The notes under the pieces were generated by a model. That model had not been told where the DNA came from and ran no database searches. It worked only from the letters and a program-made list of their open reading frames with translations. The position numbers and the translations under genes are program-made. DNA of 63,883 nt, counting the filler, from Blastocystis sp. subtype 4 (taxonomy: Eukaryota): the NCBI RefSeq assembly GCF_000743755.1. It is 4 parts of 4 records of this genome, joined end to end, with 100 filler letters (N's around TTAATTAATTAA, not from the genome) between each part and the next. Parts side by side here need not be neighbours in the genome. Positions count along the whole stretch, not along the records: positions 1 to 17,992 come from NW_014569326.1; positions 18,093 to 37,104 come from NW_014569325.1; 2 more parts are not named here. One strand, written 5' to 3'. Below, piece by piece: positions 12,482 to 24,800 of the stretch (position 1 is its first letter; every line of letters begins with the position of its first letter).

Positions 12482-14901
12482 TCATAGAGATGGCTCATAA
12501 CACTCAACGTAATCAGAAGGATCAAGAGGGTCTCCATCGATTTCGGGATCGATACGAATTTCCTCTTCCATAGAACCCATTTCTTCACTTTCTGCATTTA
12601 TTCTACACAATCACAATCGAAACACAAAACAACTCTCTCGACTTCTTCAAACGCATAAGTAGTTTTCCTCGTGATCCATAATTACACAGTCCATTCATAC
12701 GACACTGTAGCCGTAACACATCATCTTTGTCTGTAACACTAGAATCTTCCGCTTCTCCATCTAATTCCTCTTCTGACATCATAAAGGTTGTCTTTAGACC
12801 TTTCAAAAAGGAAAGAGGAAGTAAGGAGGTTTGCATCCAACCATTTAACAGTTTCTCTACTCGTAACTTGATTTCCTTCTTTGTTATTGCCGATTCATAA
12901 TGGTTCTTCAACCGATTTAGTGCCTCGAAGATTATTGGTAGTTCCGTCTACAATATAACTTCCATATATCAATACTTGAAGTAACGCTCGATAGGGTGTT
13001 GTTACTCCATTATCTGCATTATAAAGAAGATCGTTGACAACATAAACACGCGCAAGGATAACTGTCGCTTCACAAGGAACATCCCGCTCATTACTTCCTT
13101 CAATAGGTTGCTGATACTCTTTCAGGTATGGAACAGATCCACAAATGCTGTCTCGAAGCATACAAACAATATGTTCAGCACATGAAGAATTATCCATACA
13201 AAAAGCCATCAAACGAAGAATAGAGGGCCGTTGCGGCGTAATTGAACGTAATAATTCTCGAAACAAATCAAATCGGTCACTACTGAGTCGAGTCTAGGTA
13301 ATTATCCAAATCACATTTCTACTCGAATCGAATCCAACATGATATTACTTCTATCAATTATGCATCTATTCCAACTCTACCCTTGTTCTTTGCGTCTATC
13401 CACAACAACATCGTCTTGTATCTTCATTCGTTTAACTTCAGGTTCACTCTCTCTCTCCGAATACAGTGGTGGAGGTAAGAAAAAAGGCCCTCCAACTACA
13501 AACTGAAATGGCATGAGAGAGTATTCATGAAACGATTCGTTATTCCCAAGAATAAGCACACACCAACGATAGTAGAGATTGGAAGGAGTTTGAGATTGAA
13601 GAAGAAAACTGAATGGAGAAATCAATTCAGAATGATTAGAGACATACTGAACCAAATAGGATTCGAAAGCACTCCCACGATTATGCACAAGAATTGCTGT
13701 GGATTGAATCAATTTCACTTCGTTGGAAGAGGAGGGCACTATAATACAGTGAGCAGTTTCACCTGTGGGAACATTCTATTCAATACTTATTCATCTCAAT
13801 AGTACAGGAAGTATTCTTTCAAATGATTCTTTGGCCCAACCCACACGAATGTAATTTCCCTTTCATGTCATTCTCGCACTACTCATACTCCACTACGATA
13901 CTTCTGAAGTTTGGACAATAATATCTCTGCACCTTTGTGCGATGCCATTGAAACAAGACCCATCGTGGACTGATCATTATGGGGTTTTATAGAAACGGAA
14001 ACCACATAACCATAATAGGCACACAATTTGTATAAAGATTCTTCTGTCATAGAATGAGAGAGATTTCCGAGATATACATGCGTATTCGTGGGAGAATAGT
14101 AAGTTGTATCAATAGGATCTACATTATTTAGTGTTATGATTCGTGTATTAATTGTGGCAAGTTTTGTAGACAGTTCTTTCTTACGAGCCAATTCTTCATA
14201 CATTTTATCCAGTTGACTTCTATGAGTCAGTTTGGTTACTATCCAATCACTTTTCGCCTGTCCGATGAACAGCATAGTGAATATTTGTTTTACGATTGAC
14301 TTTAATTGTCTGATCCTGTTTCTCCTTCTCCTCTTCCTCATCGCTGTGACTTCCAAACAGACTCATTAGATCTGTCTGCGGTGTTTTCTTTGATTGATTC
14401 TGTACTGGTGTTGAAACGGGGACAAACTTTGAAAAGTTAAGTTTAAATCCAATTGGAGGTGTTACTGACTCCTTCGGAACTTCGGGTTTCACATTCACCT
14501 TTTCTTCTTGTTTTGTATCTCCGATAATGTACACTTCTGGATCTTTCGTCTGAGCACTTTCTGCCATACCCTAATAATTATGCTACTATCTCATCCCCAC
14601 CTTTTCATTCAGCATACCTCCACGGACAAAAATGGGAGCATCTGAGGGAGTAGACTGATTCTCTTCAAAGGATTTGACAAACTCTGAATAGACTGCAGCT
14701 CTTTCCTCTTCTTCTGCTTTTTGTTTTGCAATTCTCTCTTCTTTTTCCTATCTATCATGAATCATTCCGATATCTGACCTTCTCTACTTTGGACTTTTGA
14801 TATCCTCCATAAATGAATTTTGTCATCTTCTCCTCCGTCATAGTCAGAAGAGAATTCTGTTGGATTTGTGATAACCCATTCTTGCCATCTTGACTACTCA
14901 T
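12482..14901 (-). CDS. U2SURP: U2 snRNP-associated SURP-motif protein (SR140): RRM, SURP and CID domains
   Basis: N-terminal AEEEERAAVYSEFVKSF; RRM (NTHVYLGNLSHSMTEESL); SURP (LIQSTAILVHNRGSAFE...YYRW); CID (ARVYVVNDLLYN...YR); C-terminal EIDGDPL. Confidence 0.8.
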
Positions 14902-15005
14902 CTTGACCACCTAGGAATAAATTATTCGAATTAATCTAGACAATCTCAGATCAACAGTTTTACAAATGACAAACTCTTTTCTTTTGGAATGTGCTAACAA
15001 ACATA

Positions 15006-17666
15006 TCACAATTTCTGCTTAAAGTCATCCAATACATCTTCACTAATTCCATTTCCATCTAGATTCACGACATGAAGATTTGTTACACGAGGTGTGGCTT
15101 CAATAACCTTCTCCAGGGCCGAAATACACGAAGCATCCAGTTCATTTTCTATCCATAATTCTTTCTCACTGTCTCTACTAGAAACATCGAGCTCCCATAA
15201 TTGAGGATACTTCTTATCTCGCATCAAATTCACCAAAAACACGAATCCCTTAGTCTTAATGCGATTATCTATATCACATTCATATCTCGTCCCTACTTCC
15301 TAATAACAGCTTCTGCAGGAGATTCTTGTTAGGGACTATTGGTCAATCACCGGCTACACTCTTACGTTCCTCACCTCTTCGTTTTTGGAAAGTTGATAAT
15401 GCTTGACCACGATCTGCGATGGATTGGAATAGAGCAGTACATCCTCGTAATGAAATTGTATTGTCTTTGAGTCACACAAGATCAGGACACATACTGGATA
15501 AATCAAGACAACGTAAATCCGGGAATCCTCCCATTTCAAATACTGTAGCAAGCACGGCAGCATCATCGTTATCCAGATTACAATCTACAATCGATGGATT
15601 TCCAAATAACTACTGTTCATTCGCAATGTAACGATTCCTTCCGAACTCTCTGGAGTTACAGCCATTTCTTGAGCATACTCCATAGCAGCATCGCGAGTAG
15701 CAACTACATATCAGTCCTCTATTCTTTCTCTACATTCCAGTACCTTTCCAGGGACTTCTTCACAGACAGGAATAGGTTTAGGCGTCTGCGAAACAGAACG
15801 AGAAGCTGTCTCCAGTTTCTTCTTCAAAACAGTTGTCTCTTGTGTGAGTGTTGCAATTCGTTCACGAAGTGATGAGCTTTCTGCCTCCATAATGGCTATC
15901 TGTTTTGCTTGCTCTGTAGCCTTCTTTACCTGTTCTAATAATTCATCATTATCCTCCTCTAGATCCTTAACATCAGCACGCAAACGATCCCGAGCCTCGA
16001 CAAGGTCACGGTTATCCTTCTTCAACTTGGTAGTGAGATCCTTCTCATCATCCAATGCATCCTCAGCATCATCTAACGCATCTTGCTTCTCCTTTAATTG
16101 ACGATCCTTTTCTGCTAAGAGACGTTTCAACTCTGTAACTGTAACAGCTGTTGACGATACATCCTGACTCTTTTCTTCCTGTACCTGAGCCAAGCGTAAC
16201 CTTGTTTGTTCAATCTCTGTTTTCAATGCAGCAATCGAAGTATCCTTGACTTCAACCAGTTTCTCTTGCTTATCCAAATCAGCTTCCAGTTTCATGACCT
16301 GTTTATGTAATTCCTCAATATCTCGCGATTTCTTATTCAACTGTTCTTCCAGAGACTCTTTCTCTTGCATTAATGCTGCCTGAGCCTCATCATCCTCCTT
16401 CATTCGCTGTGTGTACTGCTGACGAAGTGTATCCAGTTGCCTCTCCAACTCCTCCACAGACTTTCCGGTATCATTGGATGTAGGAGGAGCTGCTGCTGGG
16501 GTCAGTCCTTGTAATACCATCATATCACGACGTACTGTCTGAACTTCACGTTCTCGTTCACGCACTTTCTGTTGCAATGAGTGATTCTCATAATTGCTAG
16601 TCTCCAACTGTTCTTGCAATGCCTCGTTATTATGTTGCAGTGCCTTCACCTGATCTTCTAACTCATCGATTCTGGAGTCTTGATTCATTAGAGCTTCGCG
16701 ATGCTGATCCTCACGACGAACGAGGATCCCTGTTTCGTCATTCACCATCATTAACTGTTTCTTCACCAACAGCACTGGTGACACACAACGTACTAAGGCA
16801 GGTGCCTCTGACTGACCGTATGATGTGGCTAGAACACTAAGAGAATTTACACACAAAGTTAATGCTGCATGAATATCCTCTGGAGTCAGGAGATTGGTAA
16901 TCACTCCCTTGCTCTCCAGAGTCTCACCTTCTGCGTTTACATCCTTCTCATCGTCATCATACAGACCAGGAATAACACTTCGTTGCTCACTGATTCGAGC
17001 AATCTCCATTCTTAACTCGTTCAGGAGCACTGTTAGGGACTCATTGTGGCGCTGAAGCGATTCTACATCATTCTTAAGACGGTGATTCTCCTCCTGCACC
17101 TCTCTGGCGTTTGCAGGACCTTGATCTTCGTTTTTCACCTCCGCATATTCTCTCATCATCATAGCCATATCCGACCGATTCTGTTCTAATTCACGATAGA
17201 TTCGCTTTAACTCGTTGGTCTTAATTAACAACTCATTCTTCATAGTAGTGATTTGCTTTCGTAGATCATTTGCCTCGAACAACGTGCTGTTGTACTCATC
17301 GCGCACCATTTCATACTGAGCTGACACATTCTCAAACTGGGTTTTCAATGTACGGATATCTTTGCGCAAGAGGAGGTTGTCATTTCGGAGTGATTTATCA
17401 CCGACCATACTTAGATGCTGATCCTCCAAATCGTCAAGATCCTCTTTCAGAACCTGAATTTGGTTCTTCAACTCTACTGACTCTTCAACCATATGCATAA
17501 GATCAGAACGAGATGCATCCAAATCCTCCTCATGCTTTTTCTTTTCAGTTTCATAATCCTTCTTTACCTTACACAATTCATCATTTAGAAATTGTATTTG
17601 GCTTAGAAGCAACTTATTCTTGTTAATTACCGCATCTACGTCAATATTCTGAGTTTCCTTTCCCAT
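15006..17666 (-). CDS. Long coiled-coil protein with C-terminal LRR-like exons
   Basis: A 651-aa E/K/L/Q-rich heptad ORF continues through short introns into LRR-like segments (LWELDVSS, VNLDGNGISED). Confidence 0.6.
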
Positions 17667-17875
17667 TTTCAGGATCTCTCAATCACGTAGAAGGATTCTA
17701 GACTATCAAGTGAAGCGAATACTGGACAAGAAGATCATCGCCATATTACCTAAATAACCGTTCATAGCGTCGATTCTTTTCACTATTCAAGAGTCATTCC
17801 CTGATCTGTATTGTCTTTTTGCTTTATTGGGAGTAGTACTAACTAGTTGTATAGGAATTTTGATTCCTCCTTGAA

Positions 17876-17970
17876 ATGACTGTCTCTGCTATCTATGTTC
17901 TTGGTCCGACGGGAAAGGTGATCATTTCTCGTGACTATCGAGGTGATGTCACAGATGCTGCAGTTGAAAG
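17876..17970 (+). CDS. Adaptor complex mu subunit (AP-1-like), first exon only, cut by contig end
   Basis: MTVSAIYVLGPTGKVIISRDYRGDV matches the mu-adaptin longin N-terminus; GT donor at 17971. Confidence 0.8.
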
Positions 17971-17992
17971 GTACTTCTAAAGTGTAGTCAGT

Positions 17993-18092
17993 NNNNNNNN
18001 NNNNNNNNNNNNNNNNNNNNNNNNNNNNNNNNNNNNTTAATTAATTAANNNNNNNNNNNNNNNNNNNNNNNNNNNNNNNNNNNNNNNNNNNN
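17993..18092. other. Artificial contig spacer (N-run, TTAATTAATTAA, N-run)
   Basis: Palindromic 12-mer giving stops in all six frames, flanked by N-runs; genes are truncated on both sides. Confidence 0.97.
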
Positions 18093-19670
18093 AGTGACAG
18101 TATTACGAATAGTGAATCCTTGTCCTTGAGTAGATTGAGTAGAATGAATGAGATGAAGTGATAGAGATTCAGAACAGACTAAAATAGTCAGAGTAATAGG
18201 ACGAGTGAAATAATACAATCCAGAAATAGCAATGATCGTGTGAAGAGCAGAATAGAAAGAAGAGAGAGATCCAGAGATAGTACAAGAAGAAGGATTGAGA
18301 ATGAGTCCTTGAGGAAGAGGAGGAGTGATCATACAGTTTGTGATTCCATTCATATCAATTGTTAATGAGATTGGTTGTTGAGAAAGGAAGAATGAGGATG
18401 CAGGAAGAGAAACTGGATCTGGATTACAAGTCATGAACTGAAGTTCTTGGATACGGACATATACATCAGAATTATGAAAACTAACAGTAAATCTGATAGA
18501 TTTGAAGAAAGAAAGATTATTGAATGACCACTGTTTCCATGAATACTCATTATAAGTCTGATCTGATTGAGACAATAGAGTCGTCCAGGAAGAGGTCCCA
18601 GAAACACTTCCTGCCATGGTAAATGAAGTTGGAGAAAAAGAAGGATTCCAAGTAAAAAATCGAATGGAATTGATAGAAGGTATAACATTAAAAAAAGTTT
18701 CAATCACATAGGCTGGAAGGGATGAAGAGGATATGACGGCATTATCAAACCAATCGAAGTTAAAAGCATTTTCAGGACTAGCAAAAGTTCCAGAAGCAGA
18801 GATAGAATGAGGAAATACTGAACAAATATTGGATTCTGTGATTCCAGAAGCACAAGAAATGAAACAATTGAAATCCACAAGTCTTTCAGTCATCGACATG
18901 AAGTGAAGCTCAACAGCCAAAATGGACACATCGATTCCTGCGTATACAGCAGGAAGAATGATTCCTCGATAATCAGCAGAAGAATATGAATTAGTAGCGA
19001 GAGTAGAATGAGTAATAACTCCTTGGGGCATATTGTCTTTGAATACTTCAATTCCATTGATATAAGCAATGATACCATGAGAATAGTAGAATTGAATATC
19101 GATAGAAGCCATTCCAGTGACTCCATTGAATGATTTCCTGAAGTACTGAGTATTATATGAAGTGATAGAAAAAGATCCGAGAATGATTGATATCCATTGA
19201 TTATCATTGAATGAATTGGTATTCCAGAGAGAATGATAACTATCACTGTATCTCCAAGTATCATTCTTATTGATAGGAGAATACAAAGCAAATAGATAAC
19301 TTTCTTCCACTTTACCCCCACTCAACGAGTTCTTGAATACAATATTATCATTAATATCATATAAAGATATCCATGCTCCCTGCCTCCACCCATCATTGAA
19401 GTTACTTCGCATAACTAGGGTGTATATATGATTGGCCGAAACATTCAAGCAAGTATCATTCACAAATTGCATATTTTTGTCCTTTTCACCATATTCAGGA
19501 GAAGAGAACAGCGTGGAAGATTCTGATACAATTAGGAATGACTCAGTCGATGCGGAGTCCCCAGTCATCATAATAATCTTGACATAGTCCTGATTCGACG
19601 AACATTGACTAGAATAAGAAAGAGAGACTACAGGTTAAAACAAAAAGAAGGACAAAACACAACAAACATC
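18093..19670 (-). CDS. Putative surface or secreted beta-rich protein with a He_PIG/Ig-like repeat; 3'-truncated
   Basis: Ser/Thr/Asn/aromatic-rich ORF of about 490 aa; CMITPPLPQGLILNPSSCTISG is a He_PIG-type motif; hydrophobic stretch upstream; composition differs from neighbouring genes. Confidence 0.65.
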
Positions 19671-20018
19671 CTAGTATTACCAAGTTGAGACTAGAATGAG
19701 GACTCAGATACATAGTGACCGAGTTAGACTATAATAATATGAGAGTATTCGTTAAAATGAGTATAACAAATAGATGATGTCTATGGATCCTTTGATTTTA
19801 TTAGTATGAAATCATGAGAGAGTATTAATGTGATTCGTATCTATAGTATTACCATTAGCATGACCATAAATGAAGAACGGAGTTCCCGTCATTCGAGTCA
19901 GTTAAGTATTTGTGTTTTCGTATGATACCTCATAATCATCATACCTTATTACAAATAACTGAACATGCATTCTTTCCGCTATTGTAAGAGATACATTATC
20001 GTTATCAAACAAACAATG

Positions 20019-21771
20019 TTATTGTACATACTCTTTAATAATAAAATCAATCACACGATCACAATCCTTATAGGTTGTCATGTATCCTAGCGAAATACGA
20101 ACAGCTCCAGCCATAATTCCATGCACTTCAGTCAGGGCGGACTGATGGGTACAAGATCCCATATGACACTTGTGATTCCGAATCTGCTGAGCTACGTCTG
20201 CTTCTGACATGCCTACAGCAGCATATGCAGCACCAGGATTACAATGCCAGCCAGCACGCAACTATCCATAATACAATACCTCAATTCCAACATGAATTCG
20301 ATTCTTGGCAGCCAACTCTTCGACTTGCGTAAACGGTACATAGGATCCGGTCGGTGTTACTATTATTGATAATCAAGCTATACGGATACATATGTTAACT
20401 GTAACAATTGGACCTTGCCATTCGGAACCGGATGCATGATTTCCATACACGACAACAACAGGTTTTCCATTATGGTGATGGATACGAATCAACTGATTAT
20501 ATCTATATTCAAGATCAGTTTCTATTGGTACAGATAATGTGCAACAATCGAGGTATGACGATTGATGGCTTCAATTCCTCCCACTTCTCGCAACGCATCG
20601 AATCCATACTTCAAACTCAAAATGCCCAAGAAATTAGGCGTGCCATCTTCAAAGCGACGAGCTGTGTCAGTAGGAAGTCGATGATCTCCAGTGGTCGTAA
20701 CAGTTTGAAGAACACTACCTCCTCCATAGTACACCTTATTCAAAATCTGACCACTGTCCTTTCGGATCAACAGTGCTCCAATTCCAGTAGGGAATCCAAA
20801 CAACTTATAAAACGATAGTACTACAAAATCAGCTGGATATTTAGAAAGATCAAAATCGTGTGTAGGAGCATAAGCAGCAATATCCAACAACACATACCAA
20901 CGACCCGTACAATCAAACTTATTTTTCCCTTGGATGTTGGAAATCCATTCTTTGGGGAAGATCTTCCCAGAAAAGTTTTCTTCCAGTGGATACGCAAAGA
21001 GGTTATTAATCTCCTCCTCAGTATCTTTCTCACCGCTAGAGGCGCGACAAGCAGATTCGACATCTGTACTATTCACAACATGAAAACTTGCTCCATTTTG
21101 GAGAGCTATTTCACGAATCCCAAGAACAGAATTGTGATTCTCTCTCAAATAATAGAAGTTGGATTTCTTGGTCCATGGAAACGATTCTCCTATCAAATGA
21201 AGACTTGCAGTAGCACCTGAGGTGAACACAACATCGTATGTCTTGCTGTCGGTATGGAACCACTCAAGAACAATTCGTCTAGCTTCCTAGTTATCAAAAT
21301 GACAAATATCAACAACTTCTGTTTTCACTTCTGAATTCTTGCTTGCAGGACTATTGCTGTGGGTATTTCCATACGGATGATTCTTGATGTCGTCCATAAC
21401 CTTACTAATCTGGGAATCACGATACTGACCGGCACCTACATATTACATAAAAGCAAATCAGGAACCAGTATAGTCCACATAAACAGAATCTTGAAAACGA
21501 GAAAAGTCACGATCTCGGAGAGAATCCAAAAGCCCATTATATCCATAACTATTGGATGAATACAAAATTATACAAGCGTACTCTTTATGTTCGTCCTGCC
21601 TAAATCGTCGACCGTTAGCATTGTTCTTTATGGTTGTTGAAGTATTTGTATTTGTGTCTCCCCATCTCTTAAACGACTGAGTTGTGAAAGGAGAGAAATT
21701 TATACAGCAATTTCACATGCTCCCATGATCATCAAGCAAACAGACAACACCATTAGCAATCGATACTCCAT
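20019..21771 (-). CDS. Molybdenum-cofactor-sulfurase-like PLP enzyme (NifS-like domain only) with a hydrophobic N-terminal leader
   Basis: VYVDYTG, GNTHS, FTSGATASL, ENHNSVLGIRE, SFYKLFGFPTGIGAL (PLP Lys), RFEDGT, RAGWHCNPG and GAVRISLGY motifs; protein ends soon after with no MOSC domain. Confidence 0.85.
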
Positions 21772-21862
21772 ATCTCTGCTTAACATAACACAATGAAAAA
21801 CAAATGTGGAGTAGAAATCATTGTTCTTCAAAAACACGAAAAACTATGTCACTATAACCAAC

Positions 21863-24800
21863 TTAAACATGGCTTTCAAGTCCTTGAACACGTCTTTCTA
21901 ACTGTTGCAACAGAGAGAAGCATTCTGGAATCTTGCAATTCGCAATTAGTTCTTCAATTGTACACACTGTATCTGGATCTGCATTACGCAGCGACTCCAT
22001 TAATACATTCAAAATTTCCATTATTTCTGCCTTCGAAGAAGCAATGGCCAAATCCATTTCTCCTCGTAACTCCTCCGACTCCTGATGAATCATTGTCTGG
22101 AGCGATTCAAACGTTTCCGTCTTTCCGTGCATTACTGTTTGCAGTTGTTTCGATACCTCCTGTCCCCATTCCTCTACAGCCTGCTGAATTTGAGCCTTCC
22201 ATGGCTGAGGACTACCACTTTCCGATTTCCTTAAAACATCAATATCCCGTGAGAGAGTATTGATCAAAGCAACATGACGGTCCTCTGCGGCTTTCATTGA
22301 TTCTTCTTGTCTCACTTGATTGTCAGTGACTGTCTGTTTAAGTACATCCAGTTGTTGAGACAAACGAACGAAGCGATCTGAACACACTTCCGAATTCGTT
22401 ACTACACGTTCCTTCAAACTCTTCTCATCCTCACATAATACCCGTAAGGTAGCTAGACTAGAAGCATCATCATCATTCTTTCCTCGACGCCCTCGTTTTC
22501 CAGAGCGTCCATCTCCTTCACTGCCATCCGTCATTTTAGCCAACATCTCTTTCACCATTGTTAGTTCATGGAGAAGAGCTTGTTGTCGAACATCCCAGTC
22601 ATCGGTTAATGTAGCCATTTCAGTACTGATTGATGTCTGCTTGACAGATAACTGACTCTCAGAGTCACGTAGAGAAGAGAGTGTAGTTTGGAGGTATTGA
22701 ACACTTTGCTGTAGCGAAGAAAAATCCTGAATGAACTTCTCCACCTCATGATAGCGAACTTCCAGAGTCTCCATCAACTGTTGATTCGTTTCCTGAGGAT
22801 TGGTTCCTCCTATGAGTTCTTCGATACGCGCAACATCCTCTCGCATCGCCACCTTCTCTCGTTCCCAAGACTGTTGGAGTTCACTCTCAGACAACATAAG
22901 GTCCTTCCGAGTTTGCTCCAGCAGACTCTTCAGAGCCTCGTCACCTCGACTGATACTCTGACGAAGAAGTGTCTGCTCTGAAGTCACACGAACTACAGAC
23001 TCCTGAACTCGTTGAATTTGAGCTTGTAATGAATCGATCTGACGCTTTGAGAGATCTGGAAGAGGTTCAGGAGCCTTTAGCGTCGAAACGGTGGTATTGG
23101 CACTCTCAGCAACACGTTGAGCCATTTCTGCCGTCGATTTGGCCTCATTTGCTGTTTGAATAGCGATCGAAAGACCAGGTTTCAAGGTTGCAATCTCGGA
23201 TTGCATACTGGTTACAACCGCATCCACTTCCTTCTTCGTGGATGTGACATCTCCTTCAGTTGTACACATTCGTTGTTCCAGATCAGTAAGAGGATCATTC
23301 AAACTCGAAATATCATTTCTCAATCCAGATATGTCTGTAATAACTGAATTCAAATTCTCCTTGATTTCTGACAAATTGTGTTCAAGACAAATGATGGTAT
23401 CCTTGTTATCATTCAATGTAGATTCGAATGAAGAGAGATTTGTGTTAGTATCCGTCATATTCTCTTGTAAGGCTTTCATCTCATTCTGCATCTCATTCAC
23501 GGTCTTATGAAGATCTGAGTATTCCTCATCCACATTCACAAGGCGAGCCTCCAAAGTATTCAGAACTGATACAGGAATTGTCTCGTTAGCTGTCACATTC
23601 CGAGCTAAGGACACTGTAGTTGCATCAGCAACTCGTTTGGCTTCTTTCGACATGTTCAGTGATTCTTGGGATGCTTTTAATGACTCTTCTGATGACTGTA
23701 CAAGTTGTTTGATACTGCCTTGAATAGAATCAATAACTTGATGAGTATGTGTTAAGTCTGTTTGCATATCATTGTGAATGGAAGTCAATTCTTCCTTCAG
23801 TGAATCCTGACTTCTCTTTGCTGCACTCAATTCTTCCTTCAGCGAAGTAGTTACATGGTTACTTAGGTTCATCTCAGTCTTTACCAAGTTCAATTCTTCC
23901 TTCAATGAATCCTGACTTCTCTTTGCTGCACTCAATTCTTCGTTCAGTGAATCCACTTCTTCTTTCATCGTGTTCATATCATCTCTTGCTGTGTTAATTT
24001 CTCCCTTCAAGGAATCTACTTCTTCTTTCACAAAATCCTGACTTCCCTTCACTGAATCAATCTCACCCTTCACGGCAGTTAGATCACTCTTCACTGAGTT
24101 CACTTCTCCTTTCACTGAACCAACCTCATCCTTCACTGAGTTCATTCCCTCATTTACAGAGTCCAGTTCTTGCTGCATAGCGTCAAGTTCTCCTTTCACT
24201 GAATTGACATCACTTTTCACCGAGTCCACTTCTCCCTTCATTGAACTCATTTCATCTTTCACAGAATTCAAATCTGCTTTAAATAACCTCAGTTGATCTG
24301 CGGTAGAATCAGTTTCATGTTTACAAACCATTTCTCCCTTTACAGAGTCCAGACCTCCTTTCACAGAATCAACTCCTCCTCTCAGTGAGTCCATATCACA
24401 CTTAAGAGAACTTACTTCTCCTTTCACTGACTGTAAATCACCCTTCATTGGATCTATACTTCTCTTCATTGATTCTATATCACTCCGAAGAGAGTTAATC
24501 TCATCATTCATTGAATTAGCTCCATCCTTCACTGAACTCACTTCTCCTTTCACTGAATCCAATCCTTCTTTCACTACACTTACTTCTCCCTTCATAGCAT
24601 CGATTCCATTCATCAACATATCCATTTCTCTCTTCATAGAACTCATTTGATCCAGAGTGGAATCAGTTTCACTCTTAAGAGTCATTTCTCCCTTCATAGA
24701 ACTCATTTCTCCCTTCATGACATCCAATCCTCCTTTCACAGTCTCAAGTCCTCCCTTCACAAAATCCATATCACTCTGAAGAGAACTCATATCATCTTTC

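Noticed and set aside
18037..18048. TTAATTAATTAA palindrome as a repeat, telomere or mobile-element site
   Set aside because: Always embedded in fixed-length N-runs, so it is an assembly linker.
20361..20390. Intron starting GTATCC in the Moco-sulfurase-like gene as a U12 intron
   Set aside because: The donor continues GT rather than TT, the branch match is weak and the 30-nt length is typical of U2 introns here.
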